Shown here piece after piece: positions 1 through 8,286 of a DNA stretch of 64,000 nucleotides (its first letter is position 1; each line of letters begins with the position of its first letter). The notes below the pieces were generated by a model, which was not told the DNA's origin, searched no databases, and saw nothing but the letters and a program-made list of their open reading frames with translations. The DNA is from Gammaproteobacteria bacterium (GTDB lineage: Bacteria > Pseudomonadota > Gammaproteobacteria > Tethybacterales > Persebacteraceae): positions 1,785,643 through 1,849,642 of the forward strand of contig OZ244916.1 of the NCBI GenBank assembly GCA_965221835.1, in the 5' to 3' direction. The translations under genes and the position numbers were made by a program.

Positions 1-1369
1 TTGCCGCCACATTTTGATAAGTGCGGGCGTCGCCCATCACGCCGACAGTGCGCACCGGCAGCAACACCACAAACGCCTGCGCGGTTGCCGATTCCAAACC
101 GGCGGCGGCGAGTTCGGCGGTAAAAATCGCATCCGCCCGCCGCGCAATCGCAACCCGTGCGGGCGATACTTCGCCCAACACCCGCACCGCCAATCCCGGC
201 CCGGGAAACGGATGACGAAATATCAATTCGTGCGGCAATCCGAGTTCCAAACCGAGTTTGCGTACTTCGTCTTTAAACAATTCGCGCAAAGGTTCCAGCA
301 ATTTTAAATTCAATCGCGCCGGTAATCCGCCGACATTGTGATGCGATTTAATCATCGCTTTGCCGCCTTCCACGCCCGCCGATTCCACGACATCCGGATA
401 AATTGTACCTTGCGCCAAAAAGCGCACATCGTGCAACTTTTTCGCATGCGATTCAAACTCGGCGACAAATAAATTGCCGATGCGGCGGCGTTTTTCTTCC
501 GGGTCGCAAACGCCGCGCAATGCCGCAAAAAATCTATCCGCCGCGTCAATGACCGTCAATTCCGCACCAAATCTCCCGCACAATGCTTCGCGTACCGCCG
601 CGACTTCGCCTTCCCGCATCAGCCCGTTGTCTACTAGTACACAATGCAGACGGTCGCCGATAGCACGCTGCAAAAGTGCCGCCGCAACCGCCGAATCCAC
701 GCCGCCCGACAAGGCGAGAAGTACGCCGCCGCCGTCTGTCCGGCGGCGAATGTCATCCGCGGCGCGTTTAATAAAATTCGGCATCGTCCATTCGCCGCCG
801 CAACCGCAAATGTCGCGGACAAATCGCGCCAACAATTCGCGTCCGTGCGAAGTGTGCGCGACTTCGGGATGAAACTGCACGCCGTATCGCCCGCGTTTTT
901 CGTCCGCCATCGCGGCAACCGGCGACGAATCGGAAGAGGCGGCGGCGACAAATTCGGGCGGTGCGGATAAAACGCGGTCGCCATGACTCATCCACACCCG
1001 CAACTTTTCGGGCAATCCAAAAAAAAGTTTGCCGGGCGAATGCACAACAATATCGGCGGCGCCGTATTCGTGATTTTCGGCTTTTTCTACTTTGCCGCCG
1101 AACGCCGCCGCCATCGCCTGCATTCCGTAGCAAACGCCCAAAACAGGCGCACCGCATTCCCACACCGCTGCGGCAATTTGCGGCGCACCATCCGCCACGG
1201 CGGATTGCGGACCGCCCGACAAAATCACCCCCGCCGGATGCAAAGAATCCAACGCCGCCGCCGCATGCGAATGCGGATGAATTTCGCAATATGCGCCCAG
1301 TTCGCGCACCGCCCGCGCAATCAGTTGCGTAAATTGAGAACCATAATCCAATATCAGAATCGTTTGCAC
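1..1369 (-). CDS. guaA: GMP synthase (glutamine-hydrolysing), N-terminal ~455 codons; C-terminal end lies beyond window start
   Basis: Minus-strand frame translates from GTG at 1369 as VQTILILDYGSQFTQLIARAVRELGAYCEI (GATase N-terminus). PP-loop motif LSGGVDSAVAA is encoded around 680-718. No in-window stop, so it is absent from the ORF track. Confidence 0.88.
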   Translation of the reverse strand, partial: MQTILILDYGSQFTQLIARAVRELGAYCEIHPHSHAAAALDSLHPAGVILSGGPQSAVADGAPQIAAAVWECGAPVLGVCYGMQAMAAAFGGKVEKAENHEYGAADIVVHSPGKLFFGLPEKLRVWMSHGDRVLSAPPEFVAAASSDSSPVAAMADEKRGRYGVQFHPEVAHTSHGRELLARFVRDICGCGGEWTMPNFIKRAADDIRRRTDGGGVLLALSGGVDSAVAAALLQRAIGDRLHCVLVDNGLMREGEVAAVREALCGRFGAELTVIDAADRFFAALRGVCDPEEKRRRIGNLFVAEFESHAKKLHDVRFLAQGTIYPDVVESAGVEGGKAMIKSHHNVGGLPARLNLKLLEPLRELFKDEVRKLGLELGLPHELIFRHPFPGPGLAVRVLGEVSPARVAIARRADAIFTAELAAAGLESATAQAFVVLLPVRTVGVMGDARTYQNVAA

Positions 1370-1388
1370 GGAAGTTTGCGCGAAAAAA

Positions 1389-1811
1389 TTAATTCGTCCG
1401 CACTATCGGCGGCGGATATTGTCCGCTGTTTTTGTCCGCCTGAATTTGTGCGAGAAGGGCGGCGCATTTTTTTGTTTTTGCGGCGGCGGCAATGTCGTCC
1501 GGATTGCGGGAAAAATCAAATCCGCGCGGTTTGTCGCCGAATATGCCGGAAAATAGCGCAAACGGCGCCGTCAAAATCATTCCGAAAGTCATCATAACGC
1601 CCTCTTTTGTAACGGCGGGGCGGTCGTCATCCGGTGCGGCGTAATCCTTAATTAACCGATATTCGGTGTTCAGCCAATCGCAATCCACTTCCGGACTTTC
1701 GTAAGTCAGCGGCGATTCGGCGACGGCATTGCCCGACAAAACCGCGATCATAAACACAAGCGCGAAAAAACGCCCCGCAATGCGATTTAAATTGTTGCCG
1801 TTGCGATTCAT
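1389..1811 (-). CDS. hypothetical secreted protein (N-terminal signal peptide, 140 aa)
   Basis: ORF with hydrophobic N-terminus FALVFMIAVLSGNAVA-ES. No recognisable domain. Its 5' end and upstream region are part of a tandem duplication. Confidence 0.55.
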   Translation of the reverse strand: MNRNGNNLNRIAGRFFALVFMIAVLSGNAVAESPLTYESPEVDCDWLNTEYRLIKDYAAPDDDRPAVTKEGVMMTFGMILTAPFALFSGIFGDKPRGFDFSRNPDDIAAAAKTKKCAALLAQIQADKNSGQYPPPIVRTN

Positions 1812-2072
1812 AATTTAATTCCTTTTTTTGAAAGATTTTTTTTATTAACGATTTTCAAGAAATATCTTTTTCTGAACGATTTTTTTTATTAACGATTTTT
1901 AAGAAATATCCACCCGATAGTTCGGTACCTTTTAAATTGTTGCCGTTGCGATTCATAATTTAATTCCTTTTTTTGAAAGATTTTTTTTATTAACGATTTT
2001 CAAGAAATATCTTTTTTTGAACTATTTTTTTTATTAACGATTTTAAGAAATATCCACCCGATAGTTCGGTGC
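1786..2072. repeat. tandem segmental duplication (2 x ~143 bp) spanning the guaB 3' end and the 5' end/promoter of the 140-aa gene; each copy contains 2 copies of a ~30-bp AT-rich subrepeat
   Basis: Copy A ~1786-1929 and copy B ~1930-2072 are near-identical (aaattgttgccgttgcgattcataatttaattcc...ttaagaaatatccacccgatagttcggt). The last 30 nt of guaB (..NYRVDIS*) occur twice. Confidence 0.75.
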
Positions 2073-3494
2073 CTCGCGCGTGATTTGTACATCGTGAACA
2101 TGCGATTCGCGTACGGCGGCGGGTGACACGCGGATAAACTTTGCTTTTTTGAGTGCGACAATATCGGGCGCACCGACATAGCCCATCGCCGACCGCAAAC
2201 CGCCCAAAAGTTGATACAAAACTTCGGAAACTTTTCCCTTAAAAGGCACGCGCCCTTCAACGCCTTCGGGCACGAGTTTGCCGGGCAACTCGCCGTCTTG
2301 CGAATAGCGTTCGCCGCTGCCTCGCCGCATTGCCGCCAAAGAACCCATTCCGCGATACCGTTTGTAAGAACGCCCCTGATACAACTCAATCTCGCCCGGC
2401 GATTCTTCGGTACCGGCAAGCATTCCGCCCGCCATCACGGCGTCCGCACCGGCGGCAATTGCCTTTGCGACATCGCCCGAATAACGCAATCCGCCGTCCG
2501 CGATAATTGCCGGACCGTTTTTGCCGACCGCTTTTGCAACCGCGCGAATTGCCGAAAACTGCGGCACGCCCACGCCTGCTACCATTCGCGTTGTGCAAAT
2601 GGAACCGGGACCGATTCCGACTTTGACGACATCCGCACCGGCGGCGGCAATGTCTTTCGCACCGGCGGCGGTTGCAATGTTGCCGCCGACAATCAACACG
2701 CCCGCTGCGCGTATTTTTTTGAGTCGTTTAATAGCATCCAAAACGCCGCGACTATGCCCGTGTGCCGAATCCACAACCAACGCATCCGCCCCCGCTTCGG
2801 CGAGAAGGGCGGCGCGTTCGTCGTCATTAATGCCGATTGCCGCCGCCGCCCGCAGACGTTTTTTGTCGTCTTTGCTGGCATCCGGAAAAGTTTCGGCGCG
2901 AACAATATCTTTTACGGTGACAAGACCGCGCAATATCCCGCGCGCATCCGTAATCACAACCCGTTCAATACGGTGTTCGTGCATCAATGCTTTCACCCGC
3001 CGCATGCCAAATCCCGGGCGCACCGATACGAGTTTGTCTCGCGGCGTCATCAGTTCGTGCACGGGGCGGTCGGGGCGATTTTCAAAGCGAATATCGCGGT
3101 TAGTAATAATGCCTTGCACGACGCCGTCTTTGTCTACGACCGGCATTCCCGAAAATCCGCGTTTGTCTTTAATTTCGCGCACTTGTCCGATGGTCATATC
3201 GGGCGAAACGGTAGCGGGCGAAGAAACGATTCCGCTTTCAAATCGTTTCACTTTTTCCACTTCTTCCGCCTGATTTTGCGCGGACATATTTTTATGAATC
3301 ACACCCAGCCCGCCGAATTGGGCGATAGCAATCGCCATTTCGGCTTCGGTCACAGTATCCATTGCGGCGGAAATAAACGGCGCAGCAAGCGAAAAGTTTT
3401 CGTGCAACATAGTCCGCGTAGACGCATCTTTCGGCAAAACCCCCGAATACCCCGGCGTCAACAAAACATCATCAAAAGTCAGCTCCGCATCCAT
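2043..3494 (-). CDS. guaB: inosine-5'-monophosphate dehydrogenase
   Basis: [17 protein letters not shown]..., CBS pair, catalytic [11 protein letters not shown] loop. The ORF track start at 3710 is an upstream extension; ATG at 3494 gives 484 aa. Confidence 0.95.
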   Translation of the reverse strand: MDAELTFDDVLLTPGYSGVLPKDASTRTMLHENFSLAAPFISAAMDTVTEAEMAIAIAQFGGLGVIHKNMSAQNQAEEVEKVKRFESGIVSSPATVSPDMTIGQVREIKDKRGFSGMPVVDKDGVVQGIITNRDIRFENRPDRPVHELMTPRDKLVSVRPGFGMRRVKALMHEHRIERVVITDARGILRGLVTVKDIVRAETFPDASKDDKKRLRAAAAIGINDDERAALLAEAGADALVVDSAHGHSRGVLDAIKRLKKIRAAGVLIVGGNIATAAGAKDIAAAGADVVKVGIGPGSICTTRMVAGVGVPQFSAIRAVAKAVGKNGPAIIADGGLRYSGDVAKAIAAGADAVMAGGMLAGTEESPGEIELYQGRSYKRYRGMGSLAAMRRGSGERYSQDGELPGKLVPEGVEGRVPFKGKVSEVLYQLLGGLRSAMGYVGAPDIVALKKAKFIRVSPAAVRESHVHDVQITREAPNYRVDIS

Positions 3495-3562
3495 CCCCGA
3501 ATTATACGCCGATTTTCGGCGTTCCCCGAATCGTCCATTTTGCGGAAAAATGAATTGAACGG

Positions 3563-4309
3563 TTATACGGCGTGAATGACAATTTTCGGCATTTCGTCCC
3601 AAGTTCGTTTTTGGAAACTCCTGCCGTTGGCGTGTTTGCCGCGTTTTACGCCGTCCGCGCCCCACGCGCCCCATTGTTTGAAGAAAAATTTGGCATTCGC
3701 GGCGCGGCATTGCCGCTTAATATTCGCCACCCATTCTTTTTGCATCGGACGCGCCTTTCGTCCGGATTCGCCGCCGACAATAACCCAATGAATTCCTTCC
3801 AAACTACGCCGAATATCGCCGAGATCTTCCAGCAACGGTTCCACCGACAAAAAACGAACTTCGGCGGAGATGTCGCGCAATATGCCGATGCGCGGCACGC
3901 CGTGCCTTTTGTTTTCCACCGAAACGCCCAGCCACGCATTCGGCGGCGCGGCGCGAACGGAAAAATATTGTCGCATCACCTTCGGTCGTTTGGTAAGAAT
4001 TTGATAAGTATGCCGCGGCGTTTCGCGAATCGTGTCCATCACTTTGTCAATGAACGGGAACGGTACGCCGGGATGAAATAAATCGGACATGGAATTGACG
4101 AAATAAATTGTCGGCGTTTTGCGGCGGCGCGGTGCGTCCAATCGCCCCTCGTGAAGCGACAACGCGAATCCGTTTTCATATCCCGCCGCACCCATCGCCC
4201 GCAGACGGTGCGCCATCGTTTCGGCATAACAATTTTTGCACCCCGCCGACACCTTAGTACACCCAGTCACCGGATTCCAAGTTTGCTCCGTCCATTCAAT
4301 TGACGACAT
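3563..4309 (-). CDS. phage Gp37/Gp68 family protein (DUF5131), three-Cys motif
   Basis: MSSIEWTEQTWNPVTGCTKVSAGCKNCYAE N-terminus typical of the Gp37/Gp68 family. No adjacent TcmP-like partner gene. Confidence 0.7.
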   Translation of the reverse strand: MSSIEWTEQTWNPVTGCTKVSAGCKNCYAETMAHRLRAMGAAGYENGFALSLHEGRLDAPRRRKTPTIYFVNSMSDLFHPGVPFPFIDKVMDTIRETPRHTYQILTKRPKVMRQYFSVRAAPPNAWLGVSVENKRHGVPRIGILRDISAEVRFLSVEPLLEDLGDIRRSLEGIHWVIVGGESGRKARPMQKEWVANIKRQCRAANAKFFFKQWGAWGADGVKRGKHANGRSFQKRTWDEMPKIVIHAV

Positions 4310-4425
4310 TATGAGTTTCCTCCGTATTTGCTAAATAAATAATACGCTATTTTGTTTGCCGTGTGGTTTGCAAAACAAAATCGGCGAAAGTATAACAAAT
4401 TTTTAACGGCGCAAAAATGTTCCGC

Positions 4426-4479
4426 GGTGGACATTGCGGCAAAAATTGTGGACATTTTTTTGTTTCAATGTCCACATTT
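4426..4479. promoter_or_regulatory. operator-like site: inverted repeat TGTGGACATT-N10-AATGTCCACA plus an upstream direct half-site GTGGACATT
   Basis: Perfect 10-bp inverted repeat at 4447-4456 / 4467-4476. Extra half-site at 4428-4436. Lies in the upstream region of the Gp37/Gp68 gene. Confidence 0.4.
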
Positions 4480-4535
4480 AATCCGTTGCAAACCACATGT
4501 TCCGCCGTGCAACCATGCATTTGCGCGGAATTGCC

Positions 4536-4564
4536 GCCCCAAAATTTCCGCCTTTCGGGCGGGG
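4536..4564. repeat. 29-bp hairpin-forming repeat CCCCAAAATTTCCGCCTTTCGGGCGGGGG, copy 1 (copy 2 at 6146-6174)
   Basis: Identical 29-mer occurs twice as a direct repeat bracketing the RT gene and its upstream non-coding region. It contains the hairpin CCGCC-TTTC-GGGCGG. Confidence 0.75.
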
Positions 4565-4954
4565 GGGCGAAGTGCAAATCCGCACCAACGGATTCGCGGA
4601 GATGAAATTCCGCATGATTCTTCCGTTCGGCGGGCGGGGGAATCCTCGCCGTTGCCTTTTCCGAAAAAAATTATCCCCCGAAAGCGGAACATTGAAAAAT
4701 TTCATATTTTTGGGAGATCAGAGGTTGAAATTTTGTGGCGAAATCCATATAATGAAATTTATGAAATGGAAATAATTTCAATATCGGCGACAAGTGCTTT
4801 CAAGCCCTCTTTGTAGGGGAAATTTCGCTTATCGCCTTTCGATTTGCGCCAAATCAGCGCAATATCGCAAGGGCACAGTATCGCGACATCGTTTTTTTGC
4901 GTTTTTGCGCGATATTTGCAAAAAGTGAAACTATCAGCAGTAAAAAGCTGACGG

Positions 4955-5200
4955 TAAGGGTTTACTTGAAAACAAGGCAAATTTGGCATTTGTCGCTTAT
5001 TATGGCTGACGGAATAAGTATTCCGAATGTCATACGCAACCGGCATTGTGGTTAGCGGTCAGAACAGAAAGGAGGATAAAATGAACTGTTTAATATCATG
5101 CCGGGGTAAATTGCCTTGTTGGTTCTTTGCGATCGGTTGGAAAACGCCAAAATTTAGCGTTTCAATAATCATCGTGCGTTGGAATCAAGAGTAAACCCCA
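4955..5200 (+). ncRNA. candidate retron msr-msd non-coding RNA
   Basis: 9-bp inverted repeat GGGTTTACT (4958-4966) / AGTAAACCC (5190-5198) in a1/a2-like positions, with a2 ~30 nt upstream of the RT start. Internal 13-bp long-range inverted repeat (4971-4984 / 5108-5120). Small hairpins ggaataagtattcc and aaacgc-N9-gcgttt. Structural inference only. Confidence 0.35.
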
Positions 5201-5228
5201 ACAACCGCTTTTATATGAATGGTTTTTT

Positions 5229-6134
5229 ATGATTTGCACCCCAAACCCCATTATTCGCCCTGAATCGCTGTTGAGATTGTTGCGCATCAACAAAAAACAC
5301 CTGCACGACATTTTGTCCGACAAGGAACGCTTTTATACATCTAAAACGCTAACCAAGTGCGACAAAAAAAGGAATGTTTATATTATCAAGAAGCCGTTGA
5401 AACAAATTCTTGATACCATGAAAGACACTATTTTTCTGAATGTGCAATATCCCGCATATCTTCACGGTTCACTGCCGGGAAAAAGCCCGAAGACGAACGC
5501 TAGCGCGCATTGCGGTGCGGTTTCGGCAGTATTGATGGATATTCAATCCTTTTTCCCCTCTATCACTTGCGAGCATGTATATTATATGTTCCGGCATCGC
5601 TTCCAATTTTCCAAAAAAGTATCCAAAATGCTGGCGGACATTATCACATACGATGGGCGGCTTCCCCAAGGATCGCCCGTGAGTTCCTATATTGCAAATT
5701 TGGCGTTGCGAGGCGAAGGCGAATTATATCGGTCGCTTGTTGCCAAAAATTACTGCTATACGCGATATGTAGATGATATTGCCATTTCTTCGCGTTCTAG
5801 TTTGTCGGAGGTGGAATTGCTTAAAATTAAGAAAGAGGTTCAATGTTTGATTAAACATAACAATCTCCATATCAAACGAAAAAAGACCCAACTGTGCAGA
5901 GCGGGAGCGCGTATCGTAATCACCGGATTAGTTGCAGGATCTAACGGTCCCCGAATTCGCAAAGAATATGTTGCGGATGTGCTGGATGATATAAAAGAAA
6001 TATCAAGCCGCGGATTTCACAATGCCGAAATCCAAAGTATCCAAGGCAAGATTCAATATGTTCGCCAATTTTCCTCCTCCAAAAAAGAAGGAGATTATTT
6101 GGACAGACAATTAAGAATCGCCTTGGAAAATTAG
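5229..6134 (+). CDS. retron-type reverse transcriptase
   Basis: RT motifs DIQSFFPSI, LPQGSPVSSYIANLAL, YVDDIAISS. Retron-specific VTG-like motif (ARIVITGLVAG). 301 aa, typical retron RT size. Confidence 0.85.
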   Translation: MICTPNPIIRPESLLRLLRINKKHLHDILSDKERFYTSKTLTKCDKKRNVYIIKKPLKQILDTMKDTIFLNVQYPAYLHGSLPGKSPKTNASAHCGAVSAVLMDIQSFFPSITCEHVYYMFRHRFQFSKKVSKMLADIITYDGRLPQGSPVSSYIANLALRGEGELYRSLVAKNYCYTRYVDDIAISSRSSLSEVELLKIKKEVQCLIKHNNLHIKRKKTQLCRAGARIVITGLVAGSNGPRIRKEYVADVLDDIKEISSRGFHNAEIQSIQGKIQYVRQFSSSKKEGDYLDRQLRIALEN

Positions 6135-6145
6135 CGGGAAAATCA

Positions 6146-6174
6146 CAACTCCCTCCCCAAAATTTCCGCCTTTC
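6146..6174. repeat. 29-bp hairpin repeat, copy 2
   Basis: Identical to 4536-4564. Confidence 0.75.
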
Positions 6175-6509
6175 GGGCGGGGGCGGTTTTGATTTGTTTG
6201 CGGAAATCAGAAGCGATGTACGGAATCCAAACGGAGTTTTCCTTTGTTTGCGAAATCGCCGATTTGTCGCCAATTAAATCCGGCTGACTTTGCATGCTCG
6301 CAAACGTCTATACCCTCAAACGAAAGCGGCGATTTCGGCGTACTGCAACCCGTAATCAGTACGGCGGCGAAAAGAATAGCGGTTCCGATATACAAAGCCG
6401 ACAAAACGCAACGGGAAGAAATCGCCCTCGTTAAACAACGGCAATCCCGCCGCCGCAACGCCGAACGCGGCAAAGCGAAATCCGTCCTCAAATAGTTATA
6501 ATTCAAGGA

Positions 6510-7385
6510 ATGTTCCCAGCCGACATCCAAAAAGAGACCTTTTTTACTCTTGGCGATCAAACGCCGAGTCGCTATCAGTTGTTGGAAACGATTACCCGGT
6601 ATGATAAATGGGGGATGATAAAATTTAAGTTCTCCGACATAATTCAGCGTGCGTTTGCAAAGCAAACAGGACTGGATTTGTTCAATGATTGGCACGACTC
6701 CGAAGCGATGTGGCGCAAATTTGATTCTGATGAGGAATGCCAACTGGCGAAAAAATGGATAAACGAACAAGGGGGTAACACTGTGGTCATCCGCAGTTTG
6801 TTGTCGCTGTGTCTCGCCTTGGATTTTCAAATGCGGACCGGCGACGGGAAAATTGCAGGCAGAACGGAAACGGGAGAATTGGTATACCAAGCCAAACCCA
6901 AAAAAGGACAATCCGCATGGCTCGAAGAAAACCGGCGAGCCATCGGCGTGCTGGTCAACCTCCTCTCCGCAAAAATTCAAAATACCGCCGGCTATCAGAG
7001 TGCCGCATATATCGCCGCCGTTCCGTCCTCTCCCGACAAACCGCTGGATTTGCCGACGGAGTTGGCGAAGCGAATTGCGGAAAAAACGAATCTGCACGAC
7101 ATCGGTGCGGGATTTTCGTATGCCAGCGACAAATTAATGCTTAAAGAAGTTTCCGCGGATAAAAAATGGGTGGAGTTGGAAAAATCCGGAATGGCATTTG
7201 ACCGAAATAAAGGCGGCGCAACCAATCGGCAAAAAGGCGTGATTTTGTTGGACGATTTATATCAATCCGGTGCTACAATGCATTATGCCGCAATGCAGAT
7301 GCAGCGGGCGGGGATGTCGCGCATTTTGGGTTTGACGGCGGTGAAGACAATGCGAAACGATGACAATCAGCAACGAGACAATTGA
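6510..7385 (+). CDS. phosphoribosyltransferase (PRTase)-domain protein, ComF-like; putative retron effector component
   Basis: C-terminal type I PRTase PRPP-binding signature VILLDDLYQSGATM. N-terminal ~190 aa of unknown function. Confidence 0.7.
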   Translation: MFPADIQKETFFTLGDQTPSRYQLLETITRYDKWGMIKFKFSDIIQRAFAKQTGLDLFNDWHDSEAMWRKFDSDEECQLAKKWINEQGGNTVVIRSLLSLCLALDFQMRTGDGKIAGRTETGELVYQAKPKKGQSAWLEENRRAIGVLVNLLSAKIQNTAGYQSAAYIAAVPSSPDKPLDLPTELAKRIAEKTNLHDIGAGFSYASDKLMLKEVSADKKWVELEKSGMAFDRNKGGATNRQKGVILLDDLYQSGATMHYAAMQMQRAGMSRILGLTAVKTMRNDDNQQRDN

Positions 7386-8085
7386 AATTCCGCCGGAGCA
7401 TCGGCTGTATCCGGCGCGGGCGGAGGCGTTTTTGCGCGCGCGTCCGGTATTGTCGGCGATGGGCAACACTTCTTTGTTGACCGCCCCTTTTTCGCTGGGA
7501 ATATGCGGGTCGCGCACCGACGAACGCGGCATTGACGCCGCACGCGCGTTCGTGGAGCAACTCGCGCGCGAAATGCCGGAAATTGTCATTGTCTCCGGCA
7601 ATGCGGCGGGAACCGATTTGGCGGCGCATTACACCGCGCTGAAAAACGGTATTGGAACGATTTTTGTATTGCCGGAAGGCGTTTCGCATTTTCGCATCCG
7701 CAAACAACTGCGCGAAGTTTGGAGTTGGGAAAAAGTGTTGGTTGTCAGTCAATTTCCCGCGGACGCATGTTGGGCGGTGGGGCGGGCGATGGCGCGCAAT
7801 CATCTTATTTTGGCGTTGTCGCGCGCGATGCTGGTTTCCGCCGCCGGAAGTGTCGGCGGCACAAAAGCCGCCGCAGACGCCGCCGTCCGCCACAAAGTTC
7901 CGCTGTTCACTGTCGGCTACAAAGAAAGTTCCCCCGTTGGCAATGTGGATTTGCACCGCCGCCGCTATGCGTTGCCGGTCGGGAAAAAACCGGGCACCGA
8001 TCATGCGAATGTGGACAAAATCGTGCAGACGATAATCGCCTCCGGCGGCGCGGATTCGGCGCAAAACTCTTTCGCTTTGCAATAA
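7360..8085 (+). CDS. DprA/Smf-family (Rossmann/SLOG-like) protein, standalone
   Basis: IVIVSGNAAGTDLAAHYTAL and VLVVSQFPADACWAVGRAMARNHLILALSRAMLVSAAGSVGGT match the DprA Rossmann-fold core. Start overlaps the stop of the PRTase gene (translational coupling). Confidence 0.7.
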   Translation: MTISNETIEIPPEHRLYPARAEAFLRARPVLSAMGNTSLLTAPFSLGICGSRTDERGIDAARAFVEQLAREMPEIVIVSGNAAGTDLAAHYTALKNGIGTIFVLPEGVSHFRIRKQLREVWSWEKVLVVSQFPADACWAVGRAMARNHLILALSRAMLVSAAGSVGGTKAAADAAVRHKVPLFTVGYKESSPVGNVDLHRRRYALPVGKKPGTDHANVDKIVQTIIASGGADSAQNSFALQ

Positions 8086-8286
8086 TCGGCGAATAATCGC
8101 GTTGCGATATTCCCGCCCGTTGCAGTCAAAACGCGAGGCGTACAAACAAAGATATTCCGCGTTTTTGTCCTGCTGCAAATACGAAAACAACTGCCCGCCG
8201 TTGCCCTCCATTTTTTAGTTTCGTTGTCGCATTCCGCGCCCCAAGTTTTGCATTCAATATGCGCGAAAACATTTATAATTGCGGCG

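Noticed and set aside
983-1597. 204-aa plus-strand ORF and several minus-strand ORFs (768-1289, 634-984) overlapping guaA
   Set aside because: The guaA frame (leftmost codon position 2 mod 3) gives clear GMP synthase motifs; these are other frames.
2211-3575. 454-aa plus-strand ORF antisense to guaB (also 2521-3273)
   Set aside because: Lies entirely within and opposite the well-supported guaB frame. High-GC antisense ORFs are expected by chance.
6244-6495. 83-aa plus-strand ORF between RT and PRTase genes
   Set aside because: No RBS, no motif, basic low-complexity tail. Could equally be non-coding leader of the PRTase operon; not called.
6207-7097. 296-aa minus-strand ORF overlapping the PRTase gene
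   Set aside because: Antisense to an ORF with a PRTase signature and translational coupling to the next gene. Arg/Gly-rich composition is typical of a spurious GC-rich frame.
8224-8286. TTG start of the SNF2 gene at 8224
   Set aside because: ORF track treats TTG/GTG as M. The first ATG at 8287 is preferred, but the true start is unverified.
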